This document shows, one piece after another, positions 34,354 to 47,100 of a stretch of 64,000 nt of DNA (position 1 is its first letter; the number at the start of each line of letters is the position of its first letter). The position numbers and the translations under genes are program-made. Under the pieces are notes generated by a model. That model saw only the letters and a program-made list of their open reading frames with translations, made no database searches and had not been told where the DNA came from. Source of the DNA: Macrostomum hystrix (taxonomy: Eukaryota; Animalia; Platyhelminthes); the NCBI GenBank assembly GCA_950097015.1, contig CATNEN010000038.1, positions 18,662,001-18,726,000 on the forward strand. Reading direction: 5' to 3'.

Positions 34354-36217
34354 ATGAAGACGTTTTTCGGTGAAGGTGCAGGTGAATCTCCAGGCAGTGA
34401 AAAATTGGTCGCATTGAGGGGAACAATGTTCCTAGCGGATTATGAACGGATCCTGTATAGCAACTATGCCCAATACCGCGCCTACAAATGGCTATGCTGG
34501 ATTGGCAGCCCAACACTGCTTCTTCTGGGCACTGTCGGCAACTGCCTGCTAGTCTGGCTGCTGATGCGAGGTCCCAGGCGCTTTCGTGCAGCTCAGCAGT
34601 ACCTGATACCGCTTGGCCTGGTTGATCAGCTAGTACTAATGTCCGGCTTGCTCAACAAATGCCTTTATCAGATGTTTGGAGTCAACATCGAGTCGCTGTC
34701 CTTGGTGACCTGTCTTGGCAATAAATTCCTGTCCTATTTTTCTAGCTACCTGTCAGCATTCCTGCTCAGCCTGATCTCAATTGAGCGCGCTCTGGTCGTC
34801 AGCTTCCCGTTGAAAACCGCCAGCCTGCAGTCGCCGAAACGGGCGAGACGACTCATCGGCGGCGTCACCCTGCTCAGCTTCAGCGTCAATTGTTATTGGT
34901 TTGGCGTGCTGGACTTGTCTAATTACAGTGTCCTACCTTCTGGTGAGACCAACTCAAGCCTAGAGATCGCTAAGCCGATGCTGCTGCCAATTTGCGACAT
35001 CAAGCCGAATGCCACTCACCTCAGTGGGGTAATCAGCGTGTTTGACGCTGTCCTGTACTCGATTCTTCCAGCCGCTGTCATATTTTCCTGCAACCTGGTC
35101 ACCATTTGCAAACTGTACAGAGCCAGGCAGAGACGGAAGACTAGCTTGCAGCAGGGCGACTTGGAGTCTCGACTGAGGCTCACTGCGCCTATCACTGGTG
35201 AGATCTAGTTCCTGACACTTTCGCTAGTGCTCCTGACACTTTTGCTAGTGCTCCTGACACTTTTGCTAGTGCTCCTGACACTTTTACTAGTGCTCCTGAC
35301 ACTTTTGCTAGTGCTTCTGACACTTTTGCTAGTGCTCCTGACACTTTTACTAGTGCTTCTGACACTTTTGCTAGTGCTCCTGACACTTTTACTAGTGCTT
35401 CTGACACTTTTGCTAGTGCTCCTGACACTTTTACTAGTGCTTCTGACACTTTTGCTAGTGCTCCTGACACTTTTGCTAGTGCTCCTGACACTTTTACTAG
35501 TGCTCCTGACACTTTTGCTAGTGCTCCTGACACTTTTGCTAGTGCTCCTGACACTTTTGCTAGTGCTCCTGACACTCTTTAAGTAAAGATTCATGACACC
35601 TTTTCTAAATGATTGCTGACACTTTTTAAGTATCGTGACACTTTCTCAACAAAATTTCTGACGCAAAAAACATTCTGACAATTTTTTCAAGATTCATCCC
35701 ATCCCACCTTACCCAAAGTGACTAAAACTCTTCAAGAAATCCCATTCTTATAAAAAATATTCCCACAGATCAAGTCCGGTCCAGTTTCGACCGGTCACCG
35801 TCAAGCTACCGCCAGCGGTCACATTCCAATCGGTCCAATCAGGAAAACTTTGGTCACGTCAGCGTCCTGCTGTTGTCCATCACCACCTTCTACCTGCTGG
35901 CCTCCATGCCTGTGACTGTCCTGAAGGTGCTGACGTCATTATCCGGCTACGTGGACCTTCAGGAGCTCACCAAAGACTTCTCGAGCTACTCAAATTATCG
36001 CCTGATCGAGGTGATCACCCACTTGTGCATGTTCAGCAATCACGCGGTGAATTTCTTTCTTTACTGCGCCTCCGGCCAGCGAGTCCGCGCCCAGCTGCTG
36101 ATCCGAGTTCGCGGTCTCTGCCGCGGCTGTTTGCCGGCGCCTGCTGTCACGTTTGCCAATAAAAACAATAATCCTATTGTCAATTTGAACCATCGGAATC
36201 AGTTAATTGTTGGCCAG

Positions 36218-36258
<41 letters not shown>

Positions 36259-36376
36259 GCGACCTGAGATCGTGTGCGAACTTGGAGAAAATGGTCGCGT
36301 ATCGCCGGCTCTAATCAGCTATTCTAGATCGCCGCAGGCGGTTCGCGCGCAACCAATCTGGTCGCGACGGACTTAA
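34354..36376 (+). CDS. Class A GPCR, invertebrate FMRFamide-receptor-like/orphan peptide receptor; exons 34354 (or 34426)-35197, 35769-36376
   Basis: TM1 GTVGN, TM2 LGLVD, C3.25 plus ECL2 Cys, TM3 SIERALVV, TM5 LP..IF..N, TM7 NHAVNFFLYCASG, poly-Gln tail. Phase-1 GT-AG intron 35198-35768 joins the two ORFs in frame. ATG 34426 has the better context. Confidence 0.9.
35205..35580. repeat. 21-bp minisatellite (ctagtgctcctgacacttttg) x~18
   Basis: Begins 7 nt after GPCR donor 35198. Confidence 0.97.
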
Positions 36377-36464
36377 ACAAATTAAACGATTATTGAGCAT
36401 TAACGATTCGCTTTTACAATGCAAAAAAACTTTACTAATCTTTGATTTATATTTTTAGCGTGAT

Positions 36465-37182
36465 TCTAACAGGTGAGAACATCTGTCTAACAAGTGTGAA
36501 CACCTATCTAACATACGAAAACTTGTTTAAGATGTGAGAACACTTGTCTAACATGTAAAAAAACACCAGTTTTTTTAATAAGAACACCTGTCTAACAGGT
36601 ATCAACACCTGTCTAACACATGTGAACACTTGTCTAACAGGTAAGAACACCTGTCTAACAGGTAAGAATACCTGTCTAACATGTAAGAACACCTGTCTAA
36701 CATGTAAGAACACCTGTCTAACAGGTAAGAATACCTGTCTAACATGTAAGAACACCTGTCTAACATGTAAGAACACCTGTCTAACATGTAAGAAAACCTG
36801 TCTAACATGTAAGAACACCTGTCTAACATGTAAGAAAACCTGTCTAACATGTAAAAACACCTGTCTAACATGTAAGAACACCTGTCTAACAGGTAAGAAC
36901 ACCTGTCTAACATGTAAGAACACATGTCTAACAGGTAAGAACACATGTCTAACAGGTAAGAACACCTGTCTAACATGTAAGAACACCTGTCTAACATGTA
37001 AGAACACCTGTCTAACAGGTAAGAACACCTGTCTAACATGTAAGAACACCTGTCTAACAGGTAAGAACACATGTCTAACAGGTAAGAAAACCTGTCTAAC
37101 ATGTAAAAACACCTGTCTAACAGGTAAGAACACCTGTCTAACAGGTAAGAACACCTGTCTAACAGGTAAGAACACCTGTCTA
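36465..37182. repeat. 21-bp minisatellite (aacacctgtctaacatgtaag) x~34
   Basis: Directly visible, ~90 nt after the GPCR stop. Confidence 0.97.
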
Positions 37183-37769
37183 TCATGTTTCAATATCATT
37201 GGACACATTTTAACACCTGTCAAACAGTTGCAGTAGGCAGTTTAATGTATTTATAAAACACCTGTAATTACAGTTCCGATCGTCAATTTATTTACTCTTG
37301 CACCTGATTATTTGGTAATAGTTTCAGTAGGACATTGTGCAAATCTTTATAATTATATTCTTATGCAGTTTGCCGCTAATCACTATATAACTCCAACCCA
37401 TCAAATGTTAATTCACATTGCCACTTTCTGTATTAAAGTGCTATTAATATTCAATAGCAGTTGTAATTCTCACATGACCACTAACTGTTTATGTACCAAC
37501 AATTATCGAAGTTAAATATTTTTGAGTCATTGATTCGTGAATTTACAGAATAAAACATGTGCAGTAGTGAAGCTGTACAGTTTTAAAGGAGTTAAAAAGA
37601 TAGGTGTATTTTGCTTTTGTTTGAGAAATATATTGCTTCTATTGCATTTTATGATTAATTAAATGCCAATCAACGAGTAAATAAGTTCAAGTGAACACAC
37701 TTCATCTTTATTTGAATATTTGAATTTTATTTGAACTATTGACACAAGACTGGTAAGGTTAGGACTGTG

Positions 37770-39520
37770 ATTTCTAAAGAAATGTAGGTTGGGATTTCTG
37801 AAGGAATGAAGATTGGGATTTCTGAAGGAATGAAGGTTGGGATTTCTGAAGGAATGAAGATTGGGATTTCTGAAGGAATGTAGATTGGGATTTCTGAAGG
37901 AATGAAGGTTGGGATTTCTGAAGGAATGAAGGTTGGAATTTCTGAAGGAATGAAGGTTGGAATTTCTGAAGGAATGAAGATTAGGATTTCTGAAGGAATG
38001 AAGATTAGGATTTCTGAAGAAATGAAAGTTGGGATTTCTGAAGAAATGAAAGCTGGGATTTCTGAAGAAATGAAAGTTGGGATTTCTGAAGGAATAAAAG
38101 TTGGGATTTCTGAAGGAATAAAAGTTGGGATTTCTGAAGGAATGAACGTTAAGATTTCCGAAAGAATGAATGTTGGGATTTCTATAAAAATGAAGATTGG
38201 GATTTCTGAAGGAATGAGGGTTGGGATTTTTACAAGAATGAAGATTGGGATTTCGAAAAGAAATATGGGTGGGATTTCTGAAGGAATGAAGGTTGGGATT
38301 TCTGAAGAAATGAAGGTTGGGATTTCTGAAGGAATGAAGGTTGTGATTTCTGAAGAAATGAAGGTTGGGATTTCTGAAGGAATAAAAGTTGGGATTTCTG
38401 AAGGAATGAAGATTGGGATTTCTGAAGGAATGAAGATTTGGATTTCTGAAGGAATGAAGGTTGGGATTTCTGAAGGAATGAAGATTGGGATTTCTGAAGG
38501 AATGAAGATTTGGATTTCTGAAGGAATGAAGGTTGGGATTTCTGAAGGAATGAAGATTGGGATTTCTGAAGGAATGAAGGTTGGGATTTCTGAAGAAATG
38601 AAGGTTGGGATTTCTGAAGGAATGAAGGTTGTGATTTCTGAAGAAATGAAGGTTGGGATTTCTGAAGGAATAAAAGTTGGGATTTCTGAAGGAATGAAGA
38701 TTGGGATTTCTGAAGGAATGAAGATTTGGATTTCTGAAGGAATGAAGGTTGGGATTTCTGAAGGAATGAAGATTGGGATTTCTGAAGGAATGAAGATTTG
38801 GATTTCTGAAGGAATGAAGGTTGGGATTTCTGAAGGAATGAAGATTGGGATTTCTGAAGGAATGTAGATTGGGATTTCTGAAGGAATGAAGGTTGGGATT
38901 TCTGAAGGAATGAAGGTTGGAATTTCTGAAGGAATGAAGGTTGGAATTTCTGAAGGAATGAAGATTAGGATTTCTGAAGGAATGAAGATTAGGATTTCTG
39001 AAGAAATGAAAGTTGGGATTTCTGAAGAAATGAAAGTTGGGATTTCTGAAGAAATGAAAGTTGGGATTTCTGAAGGAATAAAAGTTGGGATTTCTGAAGG
39101 AATAAAAGTTGGGATTTCTGAAGGAATGAACGTTAAGATTTCCGAAAGAATGAATGTTGGGATTTCTATAAAAATGAAGATTGGGATTTCTGAAGGAATG
39201 AGGGTTGGGATTTTTACAAGAATGAAGATTGGGATTTCGAAAAGAAATATGGGTGGGATTTCTGAAGGAATTAAGGTTGGGATTTCTGAAGAAATGAAGG
39301 TTGGGATTTCTGAAGGAATGAAGGTTGTGATTTCTGAAGAAATGAAGGTTGAGATTTCTGAAGGAATAAAAGTTGGGATTTCTGAAGAAATGAAGGTTGG
39401 GATTTCTGAAGGAATGAAGATTGGGATTTCTACAAGAATGAAGATTGGGATTTTTGAAGGAATGAAGGTTAGGATTTCTGAAGGAATATAGGTTAGGATT
39501 TCTGAAGGAATGAAGGTTAC
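37770..39520. repeat. 24-bp minisatellite (gaaggaatgaaggttgggatttct) x~73 with 984-bp higher-order duplication
   Basis: Near-identical variant series starting at 37902 and 38886. Confidence 0.97.
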
Positions 39521-40009
39521 TGCAAAGGCTTGAGTAAACAGAACACTCTCTATCAGACTTCCACTTTGAGCTTTACCTTGACGAAGGGAACTGCACAGTA
39601 AAATACAAATCCCATTACGCAGTACCTTTATCTATATTCCCAGTCCCGAAGCAAAGAATCCTTGCAAAAGCAACAGACTCTTGAGAACAGGAAATTTTCA
39701 AGGCCAGGTGTGAAAACTGGGCAGCCAACCTCTAAAAGTGGGACTCAAGTAGGCCCTCTAATTTCCCCCCTAACGGTCAGCGTAAACAAGCCATGAGATT
39801 GTTTTTCAGAGTATCTTCCCACGTTTTGTCCCGTTTTCACTTTCTTCATCTTTGTATTTTTACGTTTAAAAAATTAAAGGTTCTCTCTTCCGGCCGGAAA
39901 GTTCTAAAAAGAGCGAAACTCAACTGTTGTTTTGCCCTTTAAACATGCAGTGCCGTATCGGCAAATGTCAGTTCTGTTAAAAGTTTCTTATGAAATCCTG
40001 TCTTTGGAC

Positions 40010-40290
40010 TCTCCTGTCAGAAATCACAGATATTCCTGTCAGATTATGACAGATATTCCTGTCAGATTATGACAGATATTCCTGTCAGATTATCACAGAT
40101 ATTCCTGACAGATTATGACAGATATTCCTGTCAGATTATGACAGATATTCCTGTCAGATTATCACAGATAATCATGTCAGATTATGACAGATATTCCTGT
40201 CAGATTATCACAGATAATCATGTCAGATTATGACAGATATTCCTGTCAGATTATCACAGATATTCCTGTCAGATTATCACAGATAATCCA
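40010..40290. repeat. 23-bp minisatellite with palindromic unit (ctgtca-gatta-tgacag) x~12
   Basis: Directly visible. Confidence 0.93.
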
Positions 40291-41019
40291 GTAAAAAATC
40301 TAGTATATCTCAGTAAGTGCTAGTTATAATCACAGATAATATATAACTATATATATTATAGTTATATATTTAGTTAGTTATAGTTATATAGTTATATAGT
40401 TATAGTTATATAGTTATATATTATCTGTGGTTATAATTCGTACTAGCTGGACTTGTTTTAGCTCGTATTGCTAAAAAAATTTATGTGTGACATTTGGAAG
40501 TGTCAGAAGTGTCCGATTTTGGCAGTCCTATAAGTTTGATTAACCCGTTGATCAATTTTATATTAGTTTTTTTAATAAGATGAATTGTATTTTCGCTTTA
40601 TGCTACTCACCAAAAGTAGGCTAGTAAGGTCTCGTTTGCAACAAAAGCTTTGGCATGTGGTGCTGCCTGAAATTCCTTTCATTTGATAGTTATGACGTCC
40701 GATTTTAAGACATTTATTAAAGACTTTCTTTGAACTTCAACGATACCCTTTTGAAATAATTTAATCTACTTTGATTATTTATTCAAGAAATCGTTTTGAT
40801 AAGGCAGTTTTATAATTACCGTATTTTTGTAAACAGGAAACAGTGCTCAGAGGGAAGCCAATATTAAAAAGCACTCAACTAGAATTTGAGTAGGGAATAA
40901 AGGACAGAAGTTTGAACTTTCTCAAATTTCTTTGCCTAATGGATTGCTCTAGTCTAGTGTTCTTAGAATAATGGCTTTGGTCACGAATTTGAAGATGCCG
41001 TACAGTTTTACAGTACAAT

Positions 41020-41152
41020 ATAGTGCTGTTAGATGGTTGTTCTCACGAATTGAAGGTCGGGGGTTCGATTCATCACTCCCCAGAAACAATTTGTGACTTG
41101 CATCAGCAAGATACTTAACTCCAGCACCATAGCATAAGCTGGGGATAATTGA
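41020..41152 (+). mobile_element. SINE family B, degenerate copy
   Basis: ttgaaggtcggggttcgatt..aaacaatttgtg..agcaagatacttaactc..agctgggg. Confidence 0.65.
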
Positions 41153-41644
41153 TGTGCTCCTTGTTGTTATTGTTAACAATGCGAACGGATTAAACGTTTT
41201 CGAACTAAAATGAGGTTTGAAATTGCCGAATGCTTGACAAATTGAATTAGTATGTAAACAAAAAATCTACATTGAAAACCGACTCACAATTTTTATCGAA
41301 TTTTTTCTATTATAAAGATTCAAAGGAATTAGGTGGGGAAATGGATACTAAATAGGATCGCGTATGGGAACTGCAAGCACTGGAATTATGTTCAGCGTTG
41401 GAAAAATGCGGAGATAACAGCAGCTGGATGTGTCAAAATATTTTTCGTCACGAATTGTAAGTGAAAACTAATTTGCTGTTCGATTAGCCATAGGCTTAAA
41501 TACAACCCCTTGTCAAGCTTGTTAGTTAGATGCGAAGGATAGAGGACTTATAAATAGAGAGTATTACGAGCGATCAGAGAGTCTACAGATAAGAAAATAT
41601 TACGAGTACTGTATGAAGAAAAAGAGAGGTAATGGCAGAGATTG

Positions 41645-42468
41645 CAGAGGAGAGAAGGGAGAGGAGAGGGAAGAGGGTAGAGGTATGAAGAGAGGAGAGA
41701 GGAAATGGGAGAGGAGATGGGTGAGAGAAAGGAGGAGAGAGGAGAGAGGAGAGAGGAGAGAGGAGAGAGGAGAGAGGAGATAGGAGAGAGGGGAGAGAGG
41801 AGAGAGGAGAGAGGAGAGAGGGGAGAGAGGAGAGAGGAGAGAGGGGAGGGGAGAGAGGAGATAGGAGAGAGGGGAGAGAGGAGAGAGGAGATAGGAGAGA
41901 GGGGAGAGAGGAGAGAGGAGAGAGGAGAGAGGGGAGAGGAGAGAGGAGAGAGGGGAGGGGAGAAAGGAGATAGGAGAGAGGAGAGAGGAGAGAGGAGAGA
42001 GGAGAGAGGAGAGAGGAGAGAGGAGATAGGAGAGAGGAGAGAGGAGAGAGGAGAGAGGAGATAGGAGAGAGGAGAGAGGAGATAGGAGAGAGGGGAGAGA
42101 GGAGAGAGGAGATAGGAGAGAGGGGAGAGAGGAGAGAGGAGAGAGGAGAGAGGGGAGAGAGGAGAGAGGAGAGAGGGGAGGGGAGAAAGGAGATAGGAGA
42201 GAGGAGAGAGGAGAGAGGAGAGAGGAGAGAGGAGAGAGGAGAGAGGAGATAGGAGAGAGGAGAGAGGAGAGAGGAGAGAGGAGATAGGAGAGAGGAGAGA
42301 GGAGAGAGGAGAGAGGAGAGAGGAGATAGGAGAGAGGGGAGAGAGGAGAGAGGAGAGAGGAGAGAGGGGAGAGAGGAGAGAGGAGAGAGGAGAGAGAAGA
42401 GAGGAGAGAGGGGAGGGGAGAGAGGAGAGAGGAGAGAGGTGAGAGGAGAGGGAGAGAGAAGAAGAAGG
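41645..42468. repeat. Polypurine (GGAGA/GGAGAGA) tract ~820 bp
   Basis: Almost exclusively G/A. Confidence 0.97.
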
Positions 42469-43699
42469 GATATAAGAAAAAAATAGTTATTCTATGAAGT
42501 CGAACAAAAATACAGAAGTTAAGCAGGCTAAGATTTCCTAGCTGCTACCTAGCTGGCTCTGGAGATGCGTCGTGCCTTGACAGAATGTGAAATCATGCAA
42601 GCACCTGCCCGGTCAAGGATTTGCCTTCGGTCAGTGGGGGTGGCAGACTCAAATGAGAGGTAATTAAGCTCAACGCACCTGCCACATTCTTGTCACTGTA
42701 AATCCCAGGTGCAGGAAAAAAAAGTATTTCGCATAAGAGCCGGCCGACCGAATTTCGAACTCAAAGAGATCTCAAACTAAATGAAAATTCGTACATTCAT
42801 TCTAGAACCAAAGGTCTCCATTTGCGACAGCGCGAGTTTCAAAGCTACAAATCTTCTCAGCAACATTGGCTTTTGTAAAAAGTCAATAAATCAAATAAGT
42901 CTAATAAATCTAATAAGTGCTGAGAGATCTCAAAGGAGACTTCTATAATTTCGAAATCAATAGTGGAAAATGAGTTGGACTTCGCTTCAAACCCTAATCC
43001 TGATTAAATTATCCAAGAGAAGCTCCTAATAAAAAGATGAATCTAATTTCTGTTGGCCTTTAAATTTAGTCCGATGTATTTGGTTGGATGAAATGTACTT
43101 TTATGTAATTTCTGCATTAGCAACTGCAAATTGTTAGAATATTTCAGTGCACAGACATTGAGGCATACAAGAGAGCTTAAAAGTACAACTCAGGACTCAA
43201 GAGACCGTAGAAAGAACACTTAAACTGAGCACAGAATCTCAATAGGATAATTATCCTACTAAAAACGTTAGTGGAAGAGAAGACGAAAATTTTGGGATTT
43301 TTAACTCAGGAAAGAAGGGAAACGGGTGAACAGGTGGGCGCATTAGTGAGTTTGCTGCTCTAGGGCAGACCACTCACCAGCCAAGCAGAAATAGGCACAG
43401 GTAGACGAGAGGTTCGCTAAATGGCAAATGAAAGACAATGGAATCGGTTTCTTTTAGTTTAAAAACTATTGATTTGAGCATTGAACTCAACTGAACTCAA
43501 CTGAGCTCTCAATCCTATATCGTTGGTGAGGTCTATTGCGATTCATTGAAAAAGAGAAGACACATTGAATGGTTTTTAAGACGGAAAAATAACAGTAGTT
43601 TGTTTTACTGCTACTATTATACTAACAATGATAATTATTGATGGACAATTCAGTCCATAGACAAGGAGGAAGACACAGCTAATGCTACGGAAACAATTT

Positions 43700-43810
43700 A
43701 ACAGCTGGGTGAACTGAAGCAATGCAGAGTTAATTGATTTGTTAAAGGACAAAGTTGCTTTATTGGAGTCGGGAATCGAACCCATGACCAATATATCGTG
43801 AGTCCGGCTG
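43700..43810 (-). mobile_element. SINE family B, degenerate copy
   Basis: cagctgggtgaactgaagcaatgcagagttaa..ggagtcgggaatcgaaccc is the reverse complement of 8027-8108. Confidence 0.75.
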
Positions 43811-44142
43811 GATCGTGAGTTCATGAATGAAGACTCTTATATTATTCTAATTTTAAAGTTCACAGACACAAAAATAAAAGTAAATTAGGAGAAAATAGTC
43901 TTGATGGCTGAAATTATGGAGTTGGATTAATAAAAGGCTGAGAATCACCAACAGCCACCTGATTGGCTGAGGAGGTTGGGTGGGTGTGTGCTCACGCAGG
44001 CAACACTCCAGCAGACAGACAGTTTGAGTTCGCTGGCCGCCCGATTCTAGCGTACAGAAGACCGACTGAGGTCTCTTTAAAGAGCTCTGCAGCCTCTCTA
44101 AGGCCAGTTTCCTCTAGGAGCAGATGAGAAAAAAAAGAAAAA

Positions 44143-47100
44143 ATGAGCACCACCGATTTGTTGCTACTGAACACTGCTCAGGAGTGGAACCTAACCTGCT
44201 CCTCGCCAATCTCCCTGCTCACCAGGCATCTGAGAAATGTCACCGCCTGTCAGCTGACACTAACCGAGAGCAATCTAGAGTTTGTTCTCACCTTCTACCT
44301 GCCGGCTGTGCTGTGCGTCACCGGTCTGGCCCTGAATGTGGCCAACTTCTGCGTGTTCCGGCGGCAGAACTTCGATGGTCCGGCCTACGCGTACATGGCG
44401 GCCATCTCACTGGTTGACGCCCTGTTCCTCGGCTTCTACTTTGTGTACATCTTCGCCGCTCTGCGGTGAGCCAATGTGGTGATGGAATGGATTGCAAGCC
44501 TAGCCCATTTGGTGATGTAATGGATTGCTAGCCTAGCCCGTTTCGTGATGGAATGGATTGCTAGCCTAGCCCACTTCTTGATAGAATGGATTGCTAGCCT
44601 AGCCCATTTGGTGATGGAATGGATTGCTAGCCTAGCCCGTTTCGTGATGGAATGGTTTGCTAGCCTAGCCCACTTCTTGATGGAATGGATTGCTAGCCTA
44701 GCTCATTTGGTAATGGAATGGATTGCTAGCCTAGCCCACTTCTTGATGGAATGGATTGCTAGCCTAGCCCCCTTTGGTGATGGAATGGATTGCTAGCCTA
44801 GCCCACTTCTTGATGGAATGGATTGCTAGCCTAGCCCCTTTGGTGATGGAATGGTTTGCTAGCCTAGCCCACTTCTTGATGGAATTGATTGCTAGCCTAG
44901 CTCATTTGGTAATGGAATGGATTGCTAGCCTAGCCCACTTCTTGATGGAATGGATTGCTAGCTCAGCTCATTTGGTAATGGAATGGATTGCTAGCCTAGC
45001 CCATTTCGTGATGGAATGGATTGCTAGCCTAGCCCATTTCGTGATGGAATGGATTGCTAGCCTAGCCCACTTCTTGATGGAATGGATTGCTAGCCTAGCC
45101 CATTTCGTGATGGAATGGATTGCTAGCCTAGCCCTATGCCAGTGCTATTATTTAGTATTCAGACATCTATAGTACAGCATTCTGAGACAGAGACATGACA
45201 GGTAGGAGTTCAGACAACAAGAAGCAAAATTCATGCTAATACTGTGTTGTCTGGGGCAGTATAAAAAGGCCAGTTTGAAGAACGATTTTTTCTCGCATTT
45301 TTCTTTGAGCAAATCGATCTATTTTTATACCTCCGTGAACTAGCGGGGCTGGAAAATATGCAAACAAAAATGCATGCATTCACGAGCATGGCTTTCTGCC
45401 GCTTGCTTTCCTAAATTAGATGCTTGAGCTCTGCAACCAACTGGAACCAGCTAATCATGATTGATTGTTGACATTATATGCTTCATCTGCTAACTGAGGG
45501 GGGCAGTTTGCAGCCTTCCACCTTATCTTGTGTTTCCAATGCATATTTATTTGTTTCGGGTACATTGGTAATTTCACTGTACAGTGTCTGTTCACACCGT
45601 CCGTACATGTCCTTTCTCCCTCTCTTCCCCTCTTCCTCTCTCCCTCTCTTCCCCTCTTCCTCTCTCCCTCTCTTCCCCTCTTCCTCTCTCCCTCTCTTCC
45701 CCTCTTCCTCTCTCCCTCTCTTCCCCTCTTCCTCTCTCCCTCTCTTCCCCTCTTCCTCTCTCCCTATCTCCTCTCTTCCTCTTCCTCTTCCTCTCTTCCT
45801 CTCTTCCTCTTCCTCTCTCCCTCTTCCTCTCTTCCTCTTTTCCACTTCATCTCTTCCCTTCTTCCTCTCTCCCTCTCTGCCCCTCTTCCCCTCTTCCTCT
45901 CTCCCTCTCTTCCCCTCTTCCTCTCTCCCTCTCTTCCCCTCTTCCTCTCTCCCTCTCTCCCTCTCTTCCCCACTTCATCTCTTCCTCTTTTCCACTTCCT
46001 CTCTTCCTCTTTTCCTCTCTTCCTCTCTAGAAGTGGGCTAGGCTAGCAATCCATTCCATCACCAAATGGGCTAGGCTAGCAATCCATTCCATCACCAAAT
46101 GGGCTAGGCTAGCAATCCATTCCATCATCTCTCCCTCTCTCCTCTCTTCCTCTTCCTCTTCCTCTTCCTCTCTCCCTCTTCCTCTCTTCCTCTTCATCTC
46201 TCCCTCTTCCTCTCTCCCTCTTCCTCTCTCCCTCTTCCTCTCTTCCTCTTCATCTCTCCCTCTTCCTCTCTCCCTCTTCCTCTCTTCCTCTTTTCCACTT
46301 CTTCTCTTCCCCTCTTCCTCTCTCCATCTCTTACCCTCTTCCTCTCTCCCTCTCTTCCCCTCTTCCTCTCTCCATCTCTTCCCCTCTTCCTCTCTCCCTC
46401 TCTTCCCCTCTTCCTCTCTCCCTCTCTTCCCCTCTTCCTCTCTCCATCTCTTCCCCTCTTCCTCTCTCCATCTCTTCCCCTCTTCCTCTCTCCCTCTCTC
46501 CTCTCTTCCTCTTCCTCTTCCTCTTCCTCTCTCCCTCTTCCTCTCTTCCTCTTTTCCACTTCCTCTCTTACTCTCCCTCTCTCCCTCTCTTCCTCTCTTC
46601 CTCTCTTCCTCTGTTCCTCTTTTCCACTTCCTCTCTTCCTATTTTCCGCTTCCTCACTTCCACTTCCGCTCTTCCTATTTTCCACTTCCTCTCTTCCTCT
46701 TCCTCTCTCCCTCTTCCTCTCTTACTCTTCCTCTCTTCCTCTCTTCCTCTCTTCCTCTTTTCCACTTCCTCTCCTCCTATTTTCCACTTCCTCTCTTCCT
46801 CTTTTCCACTTCCTCTCTGCCCATTTTCCACTTTCTCTCTTCCTCTTTTCGACTTCCTCTCTTCCACTTCCTCTCTTCCTTTTTTCAACTCAAGGATAAT
46901 GAGTTGGGATGAGATGGGAGGGAGGATGAGGTGGTGTGAGAGATGGGAGAGGGAGGATGAGGTGGGTGAGATGGGAGAGGGAGGATGAGGTAGTGTGAGA
47001 GATAGGAGAGGGAGGATAAGGTGGTGTGAGAGATAGGAGAGGGAGGATGAGGTGGTGTGAGAGATGGGAGAGGGAGGATGAGGTGGTGTGAGAGATAGGA

